This document shows positions 1 to 10,200 of a stretch of DNA of 58,954 bases, piece after piece. Under the pieces are notes generated by a model that saw only the letters and a list, made by a program, of their open reading frames with translations, did not search any database and was not told the origin of the DNA. Numbering within the stretch: the first letter of the stretch is position 1; each line of letters opens with the position of its first letter. This stretch comes from Bacteroidota bacterium (GTDB lineage: Bacteria > Bacteroidota > Bacteroidia > UKL13-3): contig CANFHJ010000004.1 in the NCBI GenBank assembly GCA_947446605.1, positions 1 to 58,954 of the forward strand. Direction: 5' to 3'. Made by a program: the position numbers and the translations under genes.

Positions 1-2
1 AA

Positions 3-713
3 TTGGTAAGTGCAGAAGTGAATAAAAAAGTAGTACACGCCAACCTAGATGTACAAGAAGTGCGTCTTAGAAGGGCTGCAGCAGATTTAGCGCGCGACGA
101 GAATTTATTCAAAGACAATTCAATTACCCGCAAGCAATTAGAAGATACTCGTTCAAACTTAGAAACAGCACAAAAACAATTGCGCGCTAACCAAGACCAA
201 TATAGCTTCGCAGAATCTCAAATTGCCAATGTAAACGCGCAAATACAAAAAGTAAAAGCGCAAATTTCTGCTAAAACCATTGCCCTCGAAAATGCTGAAG
301 TGCGCCTAGGTTATACCAAAATAATTTCACCCATTGCAGGTAAAGTTGGTCGTACCAACTTGCAACCTGGACAATACGTACAACCTGGACAAACCTTGTT
401 TACCCTTGTAAACAATGAAGAATTTTGGGTTACTGCCAACTTTAAAGAAACACAATTAGAAAAATTAAAAGAAGGAATGGAAGCCGAAATTATTATTGAT
501 GGCTACCCAAATTTAATTGTGAAAGCAAAAATAGAAGGCTTAAGTGATGCCACAGGGGCTCGCTTCTCGCTTCTACCTCCAGATAACGCAACAGGAAACT
601 TTGTAAAAGTTACCCAACGTGTGCCTGTAAAATTGAGCATTCAAAATTTAGCCGAAGTAAAACAATACCTCAAAACAGGTATGAGCGTGAGTGTTTCTGT
701 TAAAACAAACTAA
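3..713 (+). CDS. emrA: HlyD/EmrA-family efflux periplasmic adaptor (5'-truncated at window edge)
   Basis: Coiled-coil hairpin, lipoyl-like IISPIAGKV, NFKETQL and the diagnostic ATGARFSLLPPDNATGNFVKVTQRVPV; directly upstream of a DHA2 MFS gene. Confidence 0.92.
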   Translation: MVSAEVNKKVVHANLDVQEVRLRRAAADLARDENLFKDNSITRKQLEDTRSNLETAQKQLRANQDQYSFAESQIANVNAQIQKVKAQISAKTIALENAEVRLGYTKIISPIAGKVGRTNLQPGQYVQPGQTLFTLVNNEEFWVTANFKETQLEKLKEGMEAEIIIDGYPNLIVKAKIEGLSDATGARFSLLPPDNATGNFVKVTQRVPVKLSIQNLAEVKQYLKTGMSVSVSVKTN

Positions 714-726
714 GCAGCTTTAAACC

Positions 727-2301
727 ATGTACCCAAGCGGAATAAAGCGCGCCATGATTGTGTTCACCACAATATCTGCAGCCATTATGGAGCTGATAGA
801 TACTTCCATTGTGAACGTGGCACTCTCGCAAATAAGCGGTAACCTGGGCGCTACCATTGAAGATACTTCTTGGGTAGTTACAGCCTATGCCATTGCCAAC
901 GTTATTATTATTCCTTTAACAGGTTTTTTACAACGTTATTTCGGTAGAAAAAACTATTACCTTACTTCTATTCTTATTTTCACCGTTGCTTCCTATATGT
1001 GCGGCAATGCAGATAACCTCTGGACATTGGTTGCGTGGCGTTTTATTCAAGGCATTGGCGGTGGCGCATTGCTCTCTACCTCCCAAGGCATTTTATTTGA
1101 TGCCTTCGAACCAAAAAAACGTGCCATGGCATCTGGAATTTTTGGAATGGGCATTGTGCTCGGACCAACCATTGGACCAACACTTGGTGGTTTAATAGTA
1201 GACAACTATTCTTGGCCATTGATCTTTACTATTAATATTCCTTTTGGCGTTTTAGCGGCATTGCTCACTATAACCTATATCGATAAAAAAGAAGACGAAC
1301 TTAATATCAACCGCAAGGCAATTAAAATTGATTACCTAGGAATAATAATGCTTGTCATTGGCGTTGGTTCGCTCCAATACGTATTAGAAAAAGGACAAAG
1401 CGAAGATTGGTTTGAAGACCGAACCATTTGCTTGTTAACCGCAACTACCTTGATGGGTTTGGGCACCTTTATTTGGCGGCAATTTACCGAGGCAGTGCCC
1501 ATCATTAATTTGCGCTTGCTCAAAAATAGAAACTTAGTAGCCAGCAATGTGCTCACTTTTGTTTGCGGTTTTGGCTTATTTGGTTCTATATTTATTTTTC
1601 CGGTTATGGTGCAACGCATTATGGGATACACACCTACGGAAGCAGGCTTTGCCATTGTGCCAGGAACCATTGTAGGTTTGTTTTTAATGCCCATTATTGG
1701 GAAAACTTTAGGTGCAGGAACACCTCCCATTATTTATGTAATTATTGGTTTTGCAGCTTTCATTTTACATGGGTTTTTCTCTTCCTTGGCTACCGCAGAA
1801 GCAAGTTTAATGTGGTTTGCTATTCCGCAATTTTTAAGAGGAATTGGTACTGCATGTTTAATGGTTCCGCTCATTAACCAAGCAACAGTGGGCTTAAAGC
1901 CACAAGATTTTGCCTCTGGAATTGGCCTAACAAACATGTTGCGTCAATTAGGTGGTGCTTTTGGTATTGCAGTTATGAATACATTTGTAACCCAAAGATT
2001 TGCCATACACCGCACAGATTTAATTTCCAATACTGCTTCCAATGATCCAGAAATGATGCAGCGTTTAAGTGGGGCTACCAATATGTTTATGTCTAAAGGC
2101 TTAAATGCCATTGACGCAAAAATAGCTGCCTTTAAGACAATTGATTTTGGAATTACAAAACAAGCTTTCTTACTGTCCTACCTTGATTCGTTTTTACTAA
2201 TTAGTGTATTTTTTATTCTAACCATACCTTTCCTATTTATGCTGCGCACACAAAAAGTTAGTGCGGCCACACAAGCAAAAGTTGCAGAGGAATCTCATTA
2301 A
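727..2301 (+). CDS. emrB: DHA2 (EmrB/QacA) family 14-TM MFS efflux permease
   Basis: MELIDTSIVNVAL, SWVVTAY, RFIQGIGGG, GPTIGPTLGG, INIPFG and NMLRQLGGAFG motifs; many hydrophobic helices. Confidence 0.93.
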   Translation: MYPSGIKRAMIVFTTISAAIMELIDTSIVNVALSQISGNLGATIEDTSWVVTAYAIANVIIIPLTGFLQRYFGRKNYYLTSILIFTVASYMCGNADNLWTLVAWRFIQGIGGGALLSTSQGILFDAFEPKKRAMASGIFGMGIVLGPTIGPTLGGLIVDNYSWPLIFTINIPFGVLAALLTITYIDKKEDELNINRKAIKIDYLGIIMLVIGVGSLQYVLEKGQSEDWFEDRTICLLTATTLMGLGTFIWRQFTEAVPIINLRLLKNRNLVASNVLTFVCGFGLFGSIFIFPVMVQRIMGYTPTEAGFAIVPGTIVGLFLMPIIGKTLGAGTPPIIYVIIGFAAFILHGFFSSLATAEASLMWFAIPQFLRGIGTACLMVPLINQATVGLKPQDFASGIGLTNMLRQLGGAFGIAVMNTFVTQRFAIHRTDLISNTASNDPEMMQRLSGATNMFMSKGLNAIDAKIAAFKTIDFGITKQAFLLSYLDSFLLISVFFILTIPFLFMLRTQKVSAATQAKVAEESH

Positions 2302-2311
2302 TATTTACTTT

Positions 2312-3607
2312 ATGTTCAAAAAATATTTTTTCTTATTTAGCTTATCAACCAGTTTAAGTTTGATGCTACAAGCACAAAATGCAAACGAGTTAAAAACACT
2401 TATTAATGAGTCGTTTGGCTACTTCCCAAAACTTCAAGAACTGCAGCAAATAAATTACATAGCAGAAGGTAAATTAAAAAGCACCCAAAGCGCGCAAATG
2501 CCAACAGTTGCTGGCACTTTGGGCTATACTTACATGGATCCAATTGGCCAAGTTAATTTTCCTGTGGCGCCAGGTGTTAGCAAGGTTTTACAGTTTCAAC
2601 CCAACAATAATTTTAACGCAAATATTGCTGCCAATTATGTGTTATTAGATTTTGGAAGGTTGCAGGCAGCTGTGCAAAAATCAAAGGAAGAATTAAAATA
2701 TAGCAAGCATACCATTGATTACAATAAAACACAATTGGCGGCACAGGTAGCAGGAATTTATTACTATATTATTTACTTAAAGAAAGCCATTTATATTCAA
2801 GACAGTGTAATTTCATACTTCCGTGAAAACAAACATTTAATTGAAAGTAAATTACGCAATGGCGATGCCTTAATGGTTGATTTATATAATATTCAAGCCA
2901 CAATAGACAATGAGCTAAATAGAAAAGTAGACTTAGAAAATGCCCTACAAAAACAAGTAAATTTATTGGAATATACCACTGGTAAAAATGCAATTAGCCA
3001 AAACAGTTTCAATTTTGAAATTGCCAAAAACAACTTAGATGATTATTTAAAAAGTGCAGAAACCCAAAACAGTGAATATGCTTTGGCAAAAAGTAAAATT
3101 ACTCAAGCCCAAAGCGATTTAAAGTTTAACAAACGCCAGCTAACCCCTACCTTAAACGCTACGGCAGCGGCAGGTTTCAGAAACGGCTACCAACCAGATA
3201 TTTTTCAAAATAGGTTCAATTATTTAGCAGGCGTAAGTTTAAATGTACCCATCTATGCAGGTGGCAAATTAAATGCACAAGTATTTATGGCGAACCAAAG
3301 TTTGAAGCAAGCAGAATTTGGTTTACGTAGCTTAAACAACACTTTTAGGAAAGATATTAAACAAGCTTTAATTGATATTGAAAGCAATGAAGCGCGTTTG
3401 GTGAATTGCGAAAGTCAAGTGCAATCTGCCCAATCCTTGTTATTACTTACCCAAAGCAGGTATAAAAATGGCGTAGCAACTTATTTAGATATAACCTATG
3501 CTGCCAATGGCCTGCAACGCGCAGTATTGGGGCGCTTACTTTACGAATACCAATTATGCATGGCCAAAATAGAATTGGCCAGGTTGAGCGGCTTTGTATA
3601 TTGGTAA
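2312..3607 (+). CDS. TolC-family outer membrane efflux protein
   Basis: ATG at 2312 gives a signal peptide (MFKKYFFLFSLSTSLSLMLQA); OEP repeats (GVSLNVPIYAGG, RYKNGVATYLD); third gene of the emrAB operon. Confidence 0.88.
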   Translation: MFKKYFFLFSLSTSLSLMLQAQNANELKTLINESFGYFPKLQELQQINYIAEGKLKSTQSAQMPTVAGTLGYTYMDPIGQVNFPVAPGVSKVLQFQPNNNFNANIAANYVLLDFGRLQAAVQKSKEELKYSKHTIDYNKTQLAAQVAGIYYYIIYLKKAIYIQDSVISYFRENKHLIESKLRNGDALMVDLYNIQATIDNELNRKVDLENALQKQVNLLEYTTGKNAISQNSFNFEIAKNNLDDYLKSAETQNSEYALAKSKITQAQSDLKFNKRQLTPTLNATAAAGFRNGYQPDIFQNRFNYLAGVSLNVPIYAGGKLNAQVFMANQSLKQAEFGLRSLNNTFRKDIKQALIDIESNEARLVNCESQVQSAQSLLLLTQSRYKNGVATYLDITYAANGLQRAVLGRLLYEYQLCMAKIELARLSGFVYW

Positions 3608-3722
3608 TTTTAAAAAAAATGACATTAAAAACGCCATGTTTTTATTATCATTGAAAATATAAAGTTTTGTTAACCAATTTTTTTTAGCTTAAAACACTAT
3701 TTAAATACTACCCATATAGCCC

Positions 3723-5885
3723 ATGCATCCTAACGCCCTACGCCAATTTTTGGCATATATATCTTTTATATTTTTGTTTAGCCAAACTGCGTGGGGTCAA
3801 AAAAATGAAATAAAGGCGTTAAAACAAAAACTTAATGCAATAATTAGCAATGATACTACAAAAGTTAAGCTGCTAAACGACCTATCATATAGCTATTACA
3901 ATGTTAATTCTGATAGCATGCTTGCATATGCGCAGAAGGCATTGGAGCTATCTAGGCTATTAAACAACTCTTTACAAATAGCAAATTCATACAGAAATTT
4001 GGGGATTGGAAGCTATCTAAGAGGAGAACACAACAATGCGCTTTATTATAGCAGAAAAGCATTGGCAATTTACAAAGGACTTAACGAAAAATTTGGTGAA
4101 GCCAATACTTGCAACAATATTGCCATTTTCTACCACAATGTAGGTAAGTACGACCTAGCCCTTAGGTATTACAATTTTAGTTTTGCGCTAAGAAAACAAT
4201 TAAATGATGTTAGAGGAATTGCAGATTCCTACAACAATATTGGAAATACGTATACAGACCAAGGTAATTTCCTCGATGCCCTAAAAATGCATTATGAGGG
4301 TTTAAAAATTAGAGAAAGTATTATAGATTCAATAGGTATGGCTAATAGCTACCTAAATATTGCGGGTGTTTACTTTTATTTAAAAAATGCAGATCAAACT
4401 TATTTATACGCAAAAAAAGCCTACGATATTCAAGTTGTTTTGGGGTATACTCAAGACATTGTATACGCACTCATTGCCATGGGGGGCAGCTCCAGTAAAA
4501 GAAATCAACATCTAATTGCTATCAATTATTTTAAGAAGGCTATTAAAATATCTGTTGAGGCAAATTATGCCGATGGTGAAGCAATTGCTTTGTCAAATTT
4601 AGGAGAAGAATACCTTAGTTTAAATAAGCCAGAATTAGCAATTAATTGTTACAGCAAAGCTTTTTTAACTAGCAAACAACTAAATGATATCAACGGCATT
4701 ACTATTTGCGAAATTGGGCTTGGCAAATCCTATTTGCAACAAAATAAATTTAAAGAAGGTGTTTTTCAGCTAACAAAAGGCTACGAATTGGCCAAATCAT
4801 ACAATAGTAAAATTCATGTTCTTGAAGCTGCTGAGGCATTATCAAAAGCATATCAAAAACAAAAAAACCACGAAAAATCAATAGAATTTTTGAATGTTTT
4901 TCTTGCCTACAAAGACAGTATTTTTGGCGAGGAAACAAATGTTAAAATTCAGGAAATGAATTTTAATTTCCAATTAGCAAATAAAGAAAAGGAAATAACA
5001 TCCTTAGAAAAAGACAAGGCAATTCAACAGCAAAAGCATGATTTTCAGCAGTTGCTACTTAGCGCTATGGCGTTTGTGATTTTATTGCTGTTGCTATTTT
5101 TATTTATATTAAACAAATACAGAATCATTGAACAAAAAGCCAAAAGCAAAATAATTTCGCAAAAATTTGAAATAGAAAACCAAGCATCCAAATTAGAGGA
5201 TCTCAATATTTTTAAAGACAAAACATTATCTATTATTTCTCACGATTTAAGAGGACCCATTTATACGCTCTCCCAATTTATTGAAATGATGGAAGATAAT
5301 TTGTTAACCGAAGAAGATTTTGCACTTGCACAAAATAATTTTAAAAATCAATTAACAGCTATCGGTCTTCTACTAGACAATACACTCAATTGGGCAAAGA
5401 ATGAAATGGCAAGCAACCAAGAAAACATTCAATCTAAAACCAATATTGCCTTATTAATTGAAAGGAATTTCAAATTGTTCAAGAAGAATGTGATAGAAAA
5501 AAACATTAGTTTGGAGTTGATTGGAGATTTAAATTTATTGGCTTGGGCAAATCCAGATCACATGGATATTATTTTAAGAAACCTCATTAATAATGCCATT
5601 AAATTTAGTGGAAATAATGGAAAGATTAGTCTCAGCATTTCACAAGAAAATACACTTGTGGTTATCCAAATAATAGACAATGGAATTGGCATGAGCAAAG
5701 AAATTTTGGCCAATTTATTTAGTTATAAAACCAAACAAGGTAATTATGGAACCAAGGGCGAAAGAGGCGCCGGTATTGGTCTTATACTCACCAAAGAATT
5801 TGTGGAAAGAAACCAAGGTACTATTGAGGTGCTAAGCCAAGAAGGCATAGGCACTACAATTACGCTTCACTTTCCAATGGCTTAA
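3723..5885 (+). CDS. Membrane sensor histidine kinase with periplasmic TPR repeats
   Basis: Signal peptide, TPR repeats (ADSYNNIGNTY), one TM helix, H-box SHDLRGP, N-box RNLINNAIKF, DNGIGM and GAGIGL. Confidence 0.92.
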   Translation: MHPNALRQFLAYISFIFLFSQTAWGQKNEIKALKQKLNAIISNDTTKVKLLNDLSYSYYNVNSDSMLAYAQKALELSRLLNNSLQIANSYRNLGIGSYLRGEHNNALYYSRKALAIYKGLNEKFGEANTCNNIAIFYHNVGKYDLALRYYNFSFALRKQLNDVRGIADSYNNIGNTYTDQGNFLDALKMHYEGLKIRESIIDSIGMANSYLNIAGVYFYLKNADQTYLYAKKAYDIQVVLGYTQDIVYALIAMGGSSSKRNQHLIAINYFKKAIKISVEANYADGEAIALSNLGEEYLSLNKPELAINCYSKAFLTSKQLNDINGITICEIGLGKSYLQQNKFKEGVFQLTKGYELAKSYNSKIHVLEAAEALSKAYQKQKNHEKSIEFLNVFLAYKDSIFGEETNVKIQEMNFNFQLANKEKEITSLEKDKAIQQQKHDFQQLLLSAMAFVILLLLLFLFILNKYRIIEQKAKSKIISQKFEIENQASKLEDLNIFKDKTLSIISHDLRGPIYTLSQFIEMMEDNLLTEEDFALAQNNFKNQLTAIGLLLDNTLNWAKNEMASNQENIQSKTNIALLIERNFKLFKKNVIEKNISLELIGDLNLLAWANPDHMDIILRNLINNAIKFSGNNGKISLSISQENTLVVIQIIDNGIGMSKEILANLFSYKTKQGNYGTKGERGAGIGLILTKEFVERNQGTIEVLSQEGIGTTITLHFPMA

Positions 5886-5888
5886 AAC

Positions 5889-6392
5889 CTATTTTTTTAC
5901 TTCGTAAGTTTGTACTTCGTTGTGAAAAAATTCTAAACTCACGCCTGCTTTTTTCAACATCTCTTCACTCTCACCGCCAGCATGGTATTTGCGCTCGCAT
6001 ACAACGCGCTTAATGCCGCAATTAATTATTAACATGGCACAAACCCTGCAAGGTGTCATCCTGCAATACAAAGTTGCACCATCCAATGCTACACCATTTT
6101 TTGCAGCCTGACAAATAGCATTCTGCTCAGCATGCACCGTTCTCACACAATGTTCTGTAATGCTGTCGTCTTCATGAATCATTTTCTTCATTTGGTGTCC
6201 AACTTCATCGCAATGCGGCAATCCAATGGGCGACCCAACATAACCTGTAACCAATAATTGGTTTTCCCTGGCAATAACGCAACCGCTGCGCCCACGTCCA
6301 CATGTAGCGCGTTTGCTTATTGCTTCCATTACTTCCATAAAATATTCATCCCAACTCGGACGAACATATTTTTCTTCTGCAGTGTTTCCCAT
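5889..6392 (-). CDS. dCMP deaminase (ComEB-like cytidine/deoxycytidylate deaminase)
   Basis: RPSWDEYFM N-terminus, RATC, and zinc motifs HAEQNA and PCRVC. Confidence 0.92.
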   Translation of the reverse strand: MGNTAEEKYVRPSWDEYFMEVMEAISKRATCGRGRSGCVIARENQLLVTGYVGSPIGLPHCDEVGHQMKKMIHEDDSITEHCVRTVHAEQNAICQAAKNGVALDGATLYCRMTPCRVCAMLIINCGIKRVVCERKYHAGGESEEMLKKAGVSLEFFHNEVQTYEVKK

Positions 6393-6393
6393 T

Positions 6394-6939
6394 TTATCCT
6401 AAAATTTGGTCTAGTTGTACATATAAATCATCAAAACTGCCATTGTTTGTAAAATGGTAATCGGCAAGGGCCATGCAAGCACTAAGGTTTTGTTTGTTAG
6501 GGTCATTTGAGCTCAATTCGCGCTCCTCATTAGCAGAAAAAGTTTCAAAAGAAATTTGATCCGTTTCCGAACCACGTAACAAAATACGCTCATAACGCAA
6601 GCGCCTGTCTGTATCTACAGAAAGTAATTTAAAATTACCCTTAGCCTTTAACGCTGTAACCTCACCAACCGTTCTTATACTTTCAATAATGCAATTAGCG
6701 CCCGTTTTTTCTGCTTCCTTAAACAGTTCTTCTGCAATAAAACTTGGCGAGTTAGCCGCACGTAATTCATTGGCAGTATGGGTAAGCGAATCGCGGTTTA
6801 CCTCTTTTCCAGCAGCTTTTATTATTTGTATCAAATAGCCTCTAACCGAAAAATGCTGAAAGCCATGATGCGCAGTCAAATAATCTACGATGGTTCCTTT
6901 ACCCGCCCCAAGGGTGCCTGTAATGCCTATAATTTTCAA
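6394..6939 (-). CDS. P-loop nucleotide kinase-like protein (NMP kinase / dephospho-CoA kinase-like fold)
   Basis: N-terminal Walker A IIGITGTLGAGKGT, IIESIR (Walker B-like), RYER lid and C-terminal ADYHFTNNGS; TTG start; ends 1 bp before the deaminase ATG. Confidence 0.82.
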   Translation of the reverse strand: MKIIGITGTLGAGKGTIVDYLTAHHGFQHFSVRGYLIQIIKAAGKEVNRDSLTHTANELRAANSPSFIAEELFKEAEKTGANCIIESIRTVGEVTALKAKGNFKLLSVDTDRRLRYERILLRGSETDQISFETFSANEERELSSNDPNKQNLSACMALADYHFTNNGSFDDLYVQLDQILG

Positions 6940-7215
6940 TGGATTTGTACTTAATTATTCAATTAACTTGAATGTTATGTTAAATTGGTAAAGCAAGTTA
7001 AAAACATTTTTAATAATAATTATAAGAATTCCATGGGAAGTAAAATAAATTAAAAAAAAGGGCCTTAAATATTGAAATTTCAAATACTCATCTTATTTTC
7101 TTCCATAGGTTTTTATAGCTCCTAAGTGCTTTATTAACATATACTTTAGAAACTATTACTAATTTATAGGTTTAGTTAATAAAGTTTTTACCTTGCAGTA
7201 TAAACTCATAAATCT

Positions 7216-10200
7216 ATGATACAAATGATACCTAAATTAAATGCAATTAAATGTTATGTTTTTTTATTGTTTCTACTAAACATTAATAGTATCAATGCCC
7301 AAACACCTTTTTCTGGCACAAGATCGGTAGGCTTAGGAGGTTATTATAGCAACCTCACTGCTGCTGTTGCCGATGTGTTATTTAATGGTGTAAATGGCCC
7401 TGTGATTTTGGAGCTTAATTCAGGTTATTCAAGTGCTGCAGAAGCGTTCCCAATTAGCATTGGCAGCATTAGTGGTTCAAGTGCTGCAAACACAATTATC
7501 ATAAGGCCAAATAGCAGTGCTGCCTATTTAAGCATAAACGGAAGCAACACCAGCTCCCTAATAGATTTTAATGGCGCTCAATTTGTAAGTATAGACGGCA
7601 GACCTGGTGGTACAGGAAGCTATTCTAGCACTTGCCTTTCCATTATTAATAACAGTGGAACGGCACCTACTATAAGATTGCAAAATGAAGCTCGCTACAA
7701 TACCGTTCGTTTTTGCGATTTACAATCTAATAATTCTACAATTACAACCGCTATTTCTGGTGGTGGAGTTGTTTGTATTGGCTCAACAAATGGTTTAAAT
7801 GGAAATGATTTTAATTCCATAAATAATTGTGATATTCATAATGCCCCTGGTGGAAATCCTGTAATGGGCGTATTTGCCTATGGAAATTCAACCACAGCTG
7901 CAAGCAACAATGATAGTAATACCGTAAGCAACTGTAATATCTATAATTTTTTTAATGCCACCATTGCTACCTCGGGTATAAATATAGCAACAGGTAATAA
8001 TGGTTGGTATATTCTTAACAATAAATTCTATCAAACAAGTGCATTAATTTACAATGGTGCCGTTATACATAGAGCAATAAACATTAGCGCTGGAAGCGGG
8101 TATAGCGTAAACAACAATTTCATTGGAGGAAATAACTCGAGCGGAACTGGCTTATACGCCATGGCTGGACCAAGCTCTCCAACCACATCCACACACGTAT
8201 TTATTGCCATTGAAGCCACTTTTGGAACATTGGCTACAAGTAATGTAAATAATAATACCATTACTAATATCGACTTTACTTCCGCTTTCGCGGGATCGCT
8301 AAGTATGGGTGGAATAAATATTTTAGGTGGTAATGTTATTTGCAACTATAATACCATTGGGACACCTGGAATAACAGGAGCATTAAAGGTTACAACAAAC
8401 TGTACAACAAATGTTGGGGGACTCATTTGTTTGCGTTCGGGAACGTCTGTAAATAACATTACCTTTAATTACAATACAATTTCTGGAATAGAAATGTATG
8501 GGAATGCCACTACCTATACTCCCGAGTTTCACGGAATTAATATTACCCAAACAACAACAACTGCTGTTGCAAACAATAATATTATAGGCAGCTTAACTGT
8601 TCCAAATAGCATTAATCTAGTTTCTACTTGCGCCACCAGTACCTATGCACAAAGGCTTGATGGATTTATAATTAATAATACAACTGCCTCAAGCGTAACC
8701 ATTAATAACAATATAGTTGCAAATCTAAATACCAACTATATGGCTACAGGTACACAAGCGACCGCAATAAGAGGAATTTATATTTTGCCTACTAGCACAG
8801 GAACATATGCTGCAAGCAACAATATTGTTAGAAACCTTACCAGCGCCACACAAACAACTGGTAGTGGAATTAATTGCGGAATTGTTGGTATTGGCGTTTC
8901 TACTACAACAGCCAATGTAAATTTAATAGGTAACCAAATTCATTCTTTGGCGCTTACTGGTGCATCTACTACTGCAGCTGTTCAATGCGAGGGAATTTTC
9001 TACTCGGGTATGAGCAGCGGTACAAATCTTATTAATAAAAATTCCATTCATAGTTTGTCTATTAATGCCTTAAATACTTCTGCTTATTTAACAGCAATTG
9101 ATGCAGGTGCAGGTTTACTTACACTTTCAAATAATATGATTCGCCTAGGTTTTGATTCACTTGGAACAAGTATAACAACACCTTGTTTTATAAGAGGAAT
9201 TTCAAAAAATGTAAGTGTGGTTACTATGTATTTTAATAGTATCTATATTGGGGGTTCAAACGTTGGAACATCCACCTCAAATACATTTGCTTTTCAACGC
9301 ACCGCAGCAGCAGCCGATATTATTAAAAACAATATTTTTGTAAATAATAGATCAAATTCAAGTACAGGCGGAAAACATTACCAGTGTTTTTTAATTAATA
9401 ATACAACCTATACAACTAGCAATAATATTTATTTTGGAAACGGAACAGGCGCTGTATTTGCCACAATAAATAACGGAACTTCAGACATCTTAAGTTTCAC
9501 ATCAAATTGGGTTAGTGGAGATGCTTCAAGCATTTCAAGCGATCCTCAATTTATGAACGCAACGGGGTCTGCGGCCTTTGGAGATTTACATATTAGCATT
9601 ACCAACCCAACAGTTGTAGAGCAAGGTGGTATTGCAATAACTGGATTTACAGATGATTTTGATGGCGACCTTAGGGCTTCCTATACAGCTACAGATATTG
9701 GGGCCGATGCTGGTAATTTTATTGTTAATGACATAATGCCTCCAACCATTTCTATTCCATCATTATTAGGCAATACTGTTAGTACTTCCGATAGAACTTT
9801 TAGTGCAACAATTACCGATGTTACGGGTGTATACCGAACCGCTACCTACCGCCCTAGAATTTATTTTAGAAAATCTAGTTCGAGCAGCTATGCCAGTAAC
9901 CAGGGCGTTTTTCTTTCAGGTTCTTCTCAAAGTGGAACATGGAGTTTTACCATAAGTGCTGCTGCTCTTGGTGGAATTAGTGCGGGTGATTCTATTTATT
10001 ATTATTTAGTTGCACAAGATTCGGCAACTATCAATAATATTGGATTTTTGCCACTTGGAGGTCTGGCAATTGACGTAAATAGTATTAGTGTAAATCCTGC
10101 AAGTCCTTACGGTTATAAAATATCAAGTGCTATTTCCGGTGGCTACACTGTTGGCCTAGGCGGAACCTATCCAACACTTACAAATGCATTTGCAGATATT

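Noticed and set aside
3618-3652. Imperfect AT-rich inverted repeat after tolC
   Set aside because: Weak stem in very AT-rich DNA; cannot be told from chance, so not called as a terminator or operator
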